From the NCBI RefSeq assembly GCF_036971445.1, contig NC_091481.1, forward strand, positions 11,222,001-11,286,000: 64,000 bases of DNA. Direction: 5' to 3'. The notes beneath the pieces are model-generated. The model was not told the origin of the DNA. It worked only from the letters and a program-made list of their open reading frames with translations, and ran no database searches. Of the stretch, positions 14,057 through 24,527 are shown one piece after another; positions within the stretch are counted from its first letter, which is position 1, and every line of letters starts with the position of its first letter. Source of the DNA: Narcine bancroftii (lineage: Eukaryota). A program made the position numbers and the translations under genes.

Positions 14057-14155
14057 CGTAAATATATTTTATAAGGAAGAGCAAAAGAAGGATAACACAA
14101 GCTGTTCCTCCACTTACGGAAAGCAAAATTGAAATCCAGATACTCCATTTATGAT
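14057..14155 (-). CDS. Transmembrane exon of the V-C1 Ig-superfamily receptor
   Basis: ttttccatag|...|gtaagt; 99 nt, phase 1-1; encodes DHKWSIWISILLSVSGGTACVILLLLFLIKYIY, with a ~23-residue uncharged hydrophobic helix followed by K. Confidence 0.8.
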
Positions 14156-14194
14156 CTATGGAAAATTGGAATTTTTAAATCACTTTATCCATGA

Positions 14195-14902
14195 ATATTT
14201 AAAGAATTCTCCAAAACATTTTCAAGGTCAATATATTCAATTACCTTCTCCAAAGGAATTTCTTGAAACAACTTATTAACAAAAAATTCACCTTCAAACT
14301 CCCCCTCTTTTATAACAATGCCCACTGCAAATCTCTAAAACTATGCAAATCTCTAAAACAGTGTAAAACTAATAAATTCCCCAGCCTAAACATTACATAC
14401 GTAATCAAAGTCTAAGCTACACTTCCAACCAGCCCTCAGAAAAACTTAGACACCAAACAAACACAAAACACACAAGACTTCGATCTCAACTGACGCAAAG
14501 ATCATAAACAAAATTCAGTTTGTTTGGTAAACTGAAGCCAAAAGATCTTTGAGAGAGAGAGAGCACAAAATTTGAAGTTGTCTTGTGTTGCTTGCAGAGA
14601 GAGGCACAACGGCTTGGTCTGGATTCTTCTGGCTGCCTTTGGAATGTCCATCCTTTTTGAAATCCCAACATTCTAAACTGTCCTCTAGACCATGACTCAG
14701 CTCTGGGCCTTCTTCCACTCCATAACACCCCCAGTTTATCATCCAAGTCCAGAAATTTTTAGATCATATTCTGCACATGCTCAGTCCATCTTCCACTTTC
14801 TCAGCAGTCCACCTTCACCTTGGCTCTCTAAGGCAAACTCTCACTTTTTAACATAAAACCACACAACATATAGGCAAATACACAACACAGAACTCTGTAA
14901 CA
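14195..14902 (-). mobile_element. LTR-like repeat (possible solo LTR)
   Basis: Minus strand starts tgttaca; non-coding; LTR-like composition. The other boundary is uncertain. Confidence 0.4.
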
Positions 14903-16903
14903 GGTCCAATTGTCTAGATGTCAAAACTTCAAAAAATTGCTGGAAGTCCACAGTTTTTGGAACCAGATTTATTATTTGGTTAGGCATTTTATTTTAACTT
15001 TCACCACATTTAAAACCTGAATCCACCTGACCCTTCTGCACACATAATACATTCATCTTTGGGTTTTTTCTTTTTCTTTTTTAATTCCTTTTCTTTCTAG
15101 CTGCTGGTGAGTTAATTTGATAGAGAGACCTTCCATCTTTAATTTCAATATTTAAAATTATTTGTTTAAAGTTGTGTTTTTGTTTGCTTTCAAAGATTTG
15201 AATAATTCAATCAGTATATCCACATTCCATGTAGTCTTGTATGTTTTTCACCTTTCTTAAAAACCCTAGTGCATAAAGTTATTTGACTAGATTAGGTCCA
15301 GTCTGACATAAACTGAATTTATATTACTGACCTTGAATAGAGCACGATACCAGAAACCACAAAACCTATCTTATCATGAACAGCAGAAATGAAAATTTGT
15401 TTGTGGGGAAAATTTGATCAATTTTAAGACCATTGAAATTAAATACTGTTGTTATTCATCAATCCAGCTTCTCGGTCTTGGCTTTAAGGATAATTTCCAT
15501 ATTTTTTAGAATTATAATGATATCGTTGGATGTTTACTGAAATTTTTTAAGTGCTTTTTTAATATTCCTGCAATGCAGTGACCAGAACTAGTCTCTTCAT
15601 TTTGTCAGGATGTCTCAAGTTATTTTAGTCATTGGTGTGAAATCATGTCAGAAATGTGACATTTGAAATGACTGTCACAAAGCAATGACTGAAATGACAG
15701 TTGAATTTTATTTTCCGACATGGAAACATTGTGTAAGAGGCAAACATGGTAGCTGATTCATACACAATGATTTTTGAAAGATAACAAGATCTATAACCAC
15801 ATAATTTATCTTTGATTGGTGAAGGAAATGAAGTTGAAACATCTGCTTTCTTTCATAACTGTCATGAGATCTATTAAATTCACCATTAACAGCAAACTAG
15901 ATTTAGCTTTAATGCGCACTCTCAATACTGCATTGGAATGTTTGCTGGATATTGTTTACATGGCTTTCAGACAATTTGATTTCAATCTGCAGATTTGCAA
16001 ATTGTTCCCAAGTGAATCAAACTGAATATTTGTCGCAAATTTCCTGCCTTCTTTCAGGGTGCTAAGTAACATTGGTTTTGTGCTTAAATTGGTCACTTTT
16101 TGTAGTTTGATAAACTTTGGTGGCACATTCCTTTTATCTGTTGAACTTCATTTTTTGTTTGTATGGTTATAGATGTGGTGAAAATTGAGGGAGTGGATTT
16201 TCTTCCGGTTGTGGTTCATCTATGTATTGATATACAAAGCATTCAATGCAATGCCGGCACAGTCAATGACATTCTGTACCATTGAAGTGTGGACACTCAC
16301 TCTACTTGCCGATCGCAGATCAAATATGTAATCTGCTAGATGTGACCATGACTTCCCCCCAACAAAAATAGTCATCAAAATAGGAGATAATATGGATATT
16401 TCCAGTTCCAGCCTGAAAGGAATTCAGCTTATATTTAAATTTGTCCGCATGAAGCCGTCAATAGGCACAGCAGCTCATGCAGTGCATTAAATGCCAAAGT
16501 GAAAACATGTTTGTATGTGTACTTGTTAAACAAAGGACTCTCATGGTGGTATTTTGCAGTCATAGAGTTAGGGATTGCTTATCATAATGAAGAGCTTTGG
16601 GCCTGAGAATTTTACTGGCTATATCTATTGATGCTAGAAAGCACTAATAAGAGTGGAGATTATGCTGACAAGGAAGCAATTCAAATGGGAATGGAACAAG
16701 TACCTTCTCAGAAAAATAAGGTGTGCCTGGTAACAAAGTAACATTATAAAAAAACAATATGATTGGAAAAAATTAAATTGATCTTCTTTATCTGTATGTA
16801 TTTTATCCATATTTAGTAAAACATTTATTCTACAACATATTGTATTGCATAAGCAGGGTCTTAATTGACCTCATGCTGAATTGATTCTATGATTCCATCC
16901 TAC

Positions 16904-17218
16904 CTTGAGCATCTGTATGTATGGCAATGAGAAGAGTACCATTTATCTCGGTTCGCGATGCTGGATGTTGAACTAAACAAGTGAATTCAGTGGACTTAGT
17001 ACAGCTTTTAGTGGAAATTCTATAAGTCCTTGTGTTGTTATAGGTTCCATCGGGATTTGATGGATTGCTTATACTGATGAGCCTGTTGGTGAGACAGGTT
17101 GGTTGAATCCTCAATGTAATATTATTTGGATAAAATCCATATGCTGAGCATGTGATAACAATGGAAGGTAAAGAAGCAATCTCATTTGAAGATTCCAGGA
17201 GCTGGATAGAAGGAGAAG
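16904..17218 (-). CDS. C1-set Ig constant domain exon of the V-C1 receptor
   Basis: tttttataaccag|...caag|gtagga; 315 nt, phase 1-1; ASPSIQLLESSNEIASLPSIVITCSAYGFYPNNITLRIQPTCLTNRLISISNPSNPDGTYNNTRTYRISTKSCTKSTEFTCLVQHPASRTEINGTLLIAIHTDAQ. C1 hallmarks C..YGFYP, NPDGTY and FTC.V.HPA are present. Confidence 0.9.
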
Positions 17219-19544
17219 CTGGTTATAAAAATAAGAGAGAGATAGATTAATAATGGAATCATTCTGATGTGTCACATCATTCATTGAAGATGACAAGATT
17301 TTTCAGGTATTAAAAACATCCATATTTTTACATGAACTTAATTATTAATGTAGATTTCTTAACATCAGTTCTGATCTTTATGTACAGTTCTGAAGACTTG
17401 AATAATTTCATTTTTGATAAGGTTACAAATGTTTGGGAGCTTTTTTTTTGCAGTGTAATACATTTACAAGTTAAATGTCATGTTTTCTCTCAGTTCTCCT
17501 TCATAATCCACTCATCCTGATCTTAGCCATTGTATCTTTACGACTGTACAGTCACGTAGATTTAGCCTTATATTTGCCCACTTTCATGCATTTCCAGCAT
17601 AACTCTGTATAGTCATCTGCTTAATTTTTGTTTCATTTATCCACCTTATTTTAATTGGCCTCCTGTGTCTTTGGCCTTAATCTTGTTGACTCAACCACTC
17701 CTATTCTCTTGCTATTTTTTTTCCTTTGACTGTATCAAACTTTTAAAATTTGCTCTTTCTTCTTCCATCAAAATGAAGCAAATCAGTAAGTGAAACATTA
17801 TTTTCTCCTACCGCCCACAAATGAATTGTAAATGTTACATCACCCCCTATAAAAGATGTAATTTCATGCAACATTCCATAATTATTCTCACTACATCTAG
17901 CATTCTAATGTTAAACAGGGATGAATTAAATCAAAGTGCATTCTTTGTCTATCTGTAATGGTAAAATAGATGGGTTTGTGCATCTTGAAAAATGCAAATT
18001 AATTTTCATTTTTTTCCATCTGGAGACCACAAATTAGCTACTTGCATCCTGTACTTTTTTAAAATCCAAATAAATAAATGAAAGTGGTCTTTTTCATGAT
18101 TTCCCTGTTTTTTATTCCATTATATTCAAATTTGCTCCACAATACATATAAAAAAATAGAATAAGCAGATACCATCATTAAGACAATGAAGTGCCAATTA
18201 AACAAAGGCCCAAATTCCACATACAAAAACAGAAAATGTTGATACTGATGAGGATTTGTGCAAATTGCCCATCATAGATCAATAGTCATCGTTTTCATAA
18301 AAAGAGGGGCAGTAAATTCAAAAGTTGTCTCTTCTCTAACATTGTCATAAGCCAAGAGTGATACATTTGCTCTTGACTTGGAGACTTTCATATTTTACAT
18401 TATAAATCAGGATTCTGGCCTGATAAGGCAATGAGTTTGAACTATGCTTGATCTTGACATGCTTCCTCTCTTTGCAGATCAATTAATGTGAACATTCCTC
18501 ACTTTTAACCTGGACCATGCACAACAACACTGTCTACTTGAGCCGTGGTGTGACTCCATGTGATATTCAGAGCATTCCTCTACTGTCATTTGAACAAGTA
18601 TGACTGTTATTAATCTGATCTTTATGCCATTTGATTCAGTCTAATTTAAACATGCTTTATTTTTCAAAACATTAACAACTATGAATAAAATAAAAGAGAT
18701 AGATATAATTTGGAAATATAGAAAGCCAATTCTCAATAAAATTGATAATTATACTCTCTTCCATTTTGACATAAATAGATATGTAAAAGTAATTTACACA
18801 AAAATTATACTCACTGATATTGCAGCTTATTGATCCAAATATTAAAACATTGCAATAATAAAAATATAATAATATTGTGCCATGTGGAACTAAATTCAAC
18901 AGGCAATTAATAAGAGCATTTCAAAATATTATTGTACATACTGATTTAATATGCACGAGTTAATTTCACGCTCATGAACCACACAACTTCAATAGCACAA
19001 AGTGAGAAATGCAGGTTGCGTACAAGTGAAAAAGCTGAATAGTCGAGCAATATTTTGATCCAATTTCTCTTAATTTTAAGCATCTGTGCTAAGTAATCGG
19101 CATTGATCAGTAATATTATTTATTAGCTGTACTTTTCTCAGTTTTATTCAAATGTTGTAGTCCTCCCCATCTCTGCAAACTTACAAAGTATTTGATTTCT
19201 AATTATTTCCAGTTCTGACAAAAGGACTTTGACTTGATTCTGTTTCTTTTAGCACAGATTCTGTCTGACCTGTTATTTTTAGCAACTTCTGATTTTATTA
19301 CTGTTATCTCATCAAAAGTGTGTTTTGAGATTCTGCCCCTTCCTACTCTAGGAAAAGTGAGGATTATCAGAGACCTCTTGATGGCATGCTGACTCAGGTC
19401 AGCTAACTCACCACAGTGTGATGATCAAATGACACATCTCTCATTAACTGAAACAGCTGTATAATATTATTATCTGCAAAGGTTTGTATTAATTTTCCCA
19501 TTAATGCCTGCAAAATTATTTTAAAATAATTTTAAAATACTTAC

Positions 19545-19904
19545 CAGTTACATTCAGTTGGGTACTGTTTCCACGTGCTTTAAAAATTGGTGCTGGAGCC
19601 ATCCAAATCATCTCACAGTTGTAGATGCCATTGTCACGGACTTGAACATCAGTAATTATTAAGGTGAAAACTTTCAGTGTTAAAATGTGCTTTACACAGT
19701 ATCGAAAATGAGACACCCATTGTTTAATATTTGACAGATTTGCAATGATCTTTTCAGAATGCGTTCCACTTTCACGGAAAGTCCACTTTAGTTGAAATTT
19801 CAAAAGTTTAGAGTTGGAATAGGAACAATTTAATAAGATTGAGTCTCCTTTTGTGGTGGTCAGAGTGTCGGGCTGCTGTAAATCATAATTTATCCTGTGT
19901 CCAG
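19545..19904 (-). CDS. V-set (VJ-type) Ig domain exon of the V-C1 receptor
   Basis: ctcttcttag|...actg|gtaagt; 360 nt, phase 1-1; AGHRINYDLQQPDTLTTTKGDSILLNCSYSNSKLLKFQLKWTFRESGTHSEKIIANLSNIKQWVSHFRYCVKHILTLKVFTLIITDVQVRDNGIYNCEMIWMAPAPIFKARGNSTQLNVT. B-strand Cys, C-strand Trp, DxGxYxC and a J-like G strand (GNSTQLNV). Confidence 0.92.
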
Positions 19905-19937
19905 CTAAGAAGAGATTCAGAAAATGTAAATAACGTA

Positions 19938-20215
19938 CAAGTCCACGATCCTTTATCTGGAACCCTTGGGGGACAGTGCGTTCCGAATTTCAGATTTTTC
20001 TGGATTTCGGAAAGCCCACCCAAATTGTGCTGCCGTATCCACCCCCACCCCTTTCCAGTCACCTGGCCATCTCCCCCGACCGCCGGTCTCTCGGCCGCCC
20101 GGCCATCTCCCCCGACCGCCAGTCCGTCGGCTGCCACCCCCGGCCACCAGTCCTCACTTGCTGGATTTTGAAGCTTTCCAGATTTTAGATGTCCGGATAA
20201 AGGATCGTGTACCTG
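19938..20215. mobile_element. Tc1/mariner-pogo (Tigger-like) MITE
   Basis: 24-bp TIRs caagtccacgatcctttatctgga / rc caggtacacgatcctttatccgga; TA on both sides (19936-37, 20216-17); internal repeat ggccatctccc(c)cgaccgcc x2. Confidence 0.85.
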
Positions 20216-20843
20216 TACTGCATTTCAAAGAATACGAGTCTTTGCTTGAATCCCCTCCACTATTTCAATTTAAGTAGTTAACACATTAAATTTCTTGATT
20301 CAGTTAGAGCAAAAATTGGAAGTTCATAATAATACATCATATTTTCAGCTATAATTTGAGTATAATTTTAAAGCTGCACAGAATATAACACATTATTGCT
20401 GCAAGAAGATAATAAAATAGATATACTGTATTAGGTTCAAATGTAACATGGAATTAGCAGTAGCCAGTTTATGAACTGAAGGTACTTTGAGAGGGCACTA
20501 CATAGAAACAAATCAGCAAAGCCCCATGAGAATTATGAGATACAAACAACACTGGCACAAAATATCTCAACACCTACTGTAAATCAAAAATTTACTGAAT
20601 TACATTGCAAGTTTTGGAAAGGTTCAATTAATTTTTCACAAACATCTGTGGAATGTTACAGAATAAAATATAAAAATTGCAATAAAATAGAAGGAATTAA
20701 ACTCCAGTAAAAAGAATGTTTAGAAGACATTTATGGCTAACATACACTGCTGCTTGACCTACTGAGTTCTACATTGTTTTTTAGATTTTTGTATCTGCAG
20801 TCTCTTTTGACTTGTTAATATCAAACCCTGATTATCCTCATAC

Positions 20844-20892
20844 CTGCAAACGGTATCTGTATCTGGAGGAAAAGATAAAATGATATCCTCAT
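20844..20892 (-). CDS. Leader (signal peptide) exon of the V-C1 receptor
   Basis: aacATG ... gcag|gtatga; 49 nt = MRISFYLFLQIQIPFA + phase-1 G; joins the V exon in frame; typical IgSF leader-exon size and phase. Confidence 0.75.
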
Positions 20893-21261
20893 GTTGTAGT
20901 AATCACCAGCTGAACTGTGAAGCTCCCAACAACTGCAGTGCAGCTCAGCCTCTTGTCAATCATTTCATAATCTACATACAAACAACAAAAAAAGGCTGCA
21001 AATGCATTCCTCATGCAAAGGGGTGGAGGTGTGTAAGTTGTTATCTTGGATTTAGATACTTATCACGAATATGCCAAAGAAACTTTTAGTGCAGCTGAAG
21101 TGGTCATGTTTTTTATTACAAACTTGGACATTTCAATGTTGCATGATAATTGAACATGTAATATTTAAACATAATGATGAATGCTGGGGATTCAATCATT
21201 CATGCTTGCCAGCTTATGAGTCGATCTTTATAAGTATATATTTTTTTGTTCAGACGAAAAG

Positions 21262-21480
21262 GGAGGAGCACGGTTAACATAGTGGTTAGTACAACACTGT
21301 TACAGCTCTAGTGATCAGGACTGGGGTACGAATCCCAAGCTGTCTGTAAGAGTTTTCCCCGGGGGCTCTGGTTTCCTCCCACCATTCAAAAACGTATTGG
21401 GGGTTGTAGGGCAATTGGTATACTTGGGCGGCATGGGCTTGTGGGCCGAAAGGGCCTATTACCATGCTGTATGTCTAAAA
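21262..21480 (+). mobile_element. tRNA-derived SINE
   Basis: A-box-like tagtggttag, B-box-like ggtacgaatcc, A-rich tail; homologous to 49396-49650. Confidence 0.8.
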
Positions 21481-22082
21481 AAAATTTTTAATTAAAAAAA
21501 AATCACCCTATTTAAACTAGTGTTAATAGATTGTCTATTTTACCCAAAAAACTGTGGTGAATTTAAGAGATAAAAGCAATTAAAGTGGACCCAAGCCCCA
21601 ACAATAGGCTTGTTTGGGAAAAAGTAATTCACAAGATTTGGTGAAATGTTGAAGACAAGCCCGATGAGAAGGGGATGAAACAGCTCTGCACTTGATAACT
21701 TGTCTTTGCTTTGAATTTTAACTAATATCTAGCTGTAGATGAGGAAAGAAGCACAAGTTTTTAGATGTATAAACTAGTTTGTCTGACTTCTCCTCAGACC
21801 TGAATGTGATTGGTGCCAAGGAGCCTTTGAGTTCTTGGGACGAGCTGTTTGTGTAGAGTCCCCATAGAACAGCAAGTGAGACTCGTTGCTTTGTCAGTGT
21901 ACTTGTTGCTTTGTTAGGTTGATATATAGGTCGAGGTGTTGCAATCCCTGACATTTCAGTATTAATTATATTGATCATCTCTCACTGAGTTAGTGTGATC
22001 ATTTGCCTCAATTACAATAATGGAGGATGACCACTAGGGAATATTAACCGGTATGGATGTTATTAGTGCACTTGTAGTTTTA

Positions 22083-22585
22083 CTAAAAACACAAAGTTGG
22101 AGAAACTCAGCTGGTCAAATAGTGTACTTGATGTAGCAAAGATAAAGACATATAACCAATGTTTCAGGCTTGAGCCCTTCATCAAGGTATGGACAAAATG
22201 TTGGCAGGTGCCCAAACAAAATGGTAGTGGGGAGGGGCAAAGGCAGAAGGTAATAGGTGGCTAAGGGAGGGAGGGCATACACAGCAAGCAAAGGGAGGAG
22301 GCATGGCTCTGTGAATGGAATGGGAAGCAGGTGAAAAGCTGGAGGAAATAGAAAGGGAAGGGAGTAGGCTAGCAGGTACCAGAGAAGAGGATGTTAATGC
22401 CATCCAGTTGGAGAGTGTCCATATGGAAAATCAAGTGTTTTCTTCCAATGGCCTTGGTGGAATAGTAATTGAGGCCATAGACAAATATTGGAGCATGTGA
22501 GCGGGGCGTGGAATTGAAGTGGTTGGTCACTGATGTGGACAGAGAGAAGGTGCTCACTGATGTGGACAGAGAGAAGGTGCTCAAT
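22083..22585 (-). mobile_element. Penelope-like element 3' part (continues at 28600-28735; split by the L1)
   Basis: Minus translation gives GIY-YIG C-terminal motifs (NHFNS, HLIFH..TLQ.DGINI); homologous to 34460-35065 and 62905-63525. Confidence 0.7.
22527..22580. repeat. Perfect 27-bp tandem duplication
   Basis: tcactgatgtggacagagagaaggtgc x2, immediately upstream of the L1 TSD. Confidence 0.9.
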
Positions 22586-22884
22586 GAAGTGATCTCTGGG
22601 AGGAGTCACGTGATGGAGTAGTGGCCGGACGGTGAACTCCAGCCCTCTCCAGAAAAGTCGGGAAAAACAAGAGAAAATACAAAGGCACAGAAATACAAGT
22701 TAAAGAAAAGTGAGTATAAAGGTGGAAAGAAGATGGAGACAAAAGGAGAAAAATCAAAATCAACGGAAAGAAGAGAGGAAGAGAAGACAACGGAGGAAAA
22801 AGGTGAAGGCCTTACCTGTCCGAAGAGGCCCGCTGTGGAGAGAAGACCCCACTACCTCAGGTCGGTAGAAAGAGAACTACAACA

Positions 22885-23928
22885 ATGGCTCACAGAGCCG
22901 AGCAAAAGTGCGCAACCGCGCATGCGCATGAAAAAAAACATACCGACGGGAGGGGGGACCAGCTGGGGAGTCGATCTCCACAGCCGGCAACGACAGCTGC
23001 AGAACACCTGCAGCAAGAAGAGACCACAGAAGACAATGGAAACAAGAAAGAAGAGGAGGAAAGGGCAGCAAAGAAACAACAGATGGTCAACCCAGAGGAA
23101 GAAGAAGAGGAAGAATACAGTGAAATAGATAAAGGGAAAGGCAAGGTAAAGGATATACTTGCTCTTGTTAGAGGATACATGGAGTCATTTAAAGAATGGC
23201 AAACACAGGAATTCAATGATTTAAGAAGAAGAATAAACAACACAGAAAAGAAAATAAATAAAATGGATATGACCTTAACAGAAATGGGGAAAAAAATGGA
23301 CAAGATGGAAGAACGGGCAGTAGCAGCAGAAATGGAGGTAGAAGACTTAAAAAAGAAATTGGAGGAATCTAATAAAAAAACTAAAGAGACACAAGAATTA
23401 CTAGCCCAAAAAATAGATATAATGGAAAATTATAACAGAAGAAATAACATAAAGATAGTGGGCCTTAAGGAAGATGAAGAAGGCAAGAATATGAGGGAGT
23501 TTATAAAAGAATGGATCCCTAAGGCCCTAGGATGTCCAGAACTACAGCAAGAAATGGAAATAGAAAGGGCACATAGAGCATTGGCCCCTAAACCACAACC
23601 ACAACAAAAACCAAGATCTATTGTAGTAAAATTCCTAAGATATACTACAAGAGAAAAGGTACTGGAGAAGACAATGGAAAAAGTAAGAGAGGGCAACAAA
23701 CCACTGGAGTATAAAGGGCAAAAAATCTTCATTTATCCAGATATAAGCTTTGAACTCCTAAAGAAGAGAAAAGAGTTCAATGCAGCAAAAGCGATTTTAT
23801 GGAAGAAAGGATATAAATTTACACTGAAGCATCCTGCGGTATTGAAAATATTTATTCCAGGACAACAAAACAGACTATTCTCGGATCCAGAAGAAGCACG
23901 AAAATTTGCAGAACAATTACAAAAATAG
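22885..23928 (+). CDS. L1 ORF1p (coiled coil, RRM, CTD; Transposase_22-like), 347 aa
   Basis: Long coiled coil, then ENYNRRNNIKIVGLKE, EIERAHR, PRSIVVKFLRY, IFIYPDIS. Uninterrupted. Confidence 0.93.
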   Translation: MAHRAEQKCATAHAHEKKHTDGRGDQLGSRSPQPATTAAEHLQQEETTEDNGNKKEEEERAAKKQQMVNPEEEEEEEYSEIDKGKGKVKDILALVRGYMESFKEWQTQEFNDLRRRINNTEKKINKMDMTLTEMGKKMDKMEERAVAAEMEVEDLKKKLEESNKKTKETQELLAQKIDIMENYNRRNNIKIVGLKEDEEGKNMREFIKEWIPKALGCPELQQEMEIERAHRALAPKPQPQQKPRSIVVKFLRYTTREKVLEKTMEKVREGNKPLEYKGQKIFIYPDISFELLKKRKEFNAAKAILWKKGYKFTLKHPAVLKIFIPGQQNRLFSDPEEARKFAEQLQK

Positions 23929-24527
23929 ACTGAGGGAGGAAGACGGGTAATGAGAGCAAAAATTATCACGATTGATATGTATGTGGGTAAAGACAAAAAT
24001 AGACTGAGGGATGAAGACGGGTAAGGAGGGTAAAAATGACCACGATTGATATGTATGCGGGTAAATAGGTATAAGAGTGAATAGAGACAATGGGCATATG
24101 TGAAAGTATCTGTAATTAGAGGAAAACATAGAGAGTATAGACAAGAATCAATAAGGGAAGGTAATGGAATAGAGAGAATAAGGAGGGAATTAAAAGAGTG
24201 ACCTTTGTGACATATAAAAAGCGAAATCTTTTCTGGGGGGGGCTGGGTGGGGGAAAAGAGCGGTCACTGCAAAATCAGTTGACGCTTGCGAGTGGATTCG
24301 CAAATCCAAATGGAGAGGGGAGATGTGGTTGTCCGACAAGGGATAAAGGGCAACTCAGGAGGGGAAGGGGAGATTGGGGATAAAGAAGATAGAAATAGGA
24401 GAATAAGGAAAATGTTGGATGTTGTAGGAATGTTGTCTGGTAAAGAGTTGAAAATAAGAAAACAGAAATGGAAAAGGAGGAAAGGTAATGATGGAAAAAT
24501 GGAAAGAGAAGATAAACAAAATATAAA

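Noticed and set aside
16168-16800. Possible secretory tailpiece or TM exons directly after the C1 exon (e.g. DEPQPEENPLPQFSPHL*)
   Set aside because: Weak splice signals and no homology support; the 14057-14155 exon is a much better TM exon.
19412-19450. RSS-like heptamer cacagtg near the V exon
   Set aside because: No acaaaaacc-like nonamer at 12 or 23 bp, it is intronic, and V and J-like strands are already joined in one exon. No evidence of V(D)J rearrangement.
21262-21340. tRNA gene
   Set aside because: The A/B boxes belong to a SINE head; no intact cloverleaf and the SINE body follows.
22852-23303. Antisense ORFs in the L1 5' region as an ORF0 equivalent
   Set aside because: Low-complexity complements of purine-rich ORF1; all stop before the antisense donor at 22816, so no coding fusion is evident.
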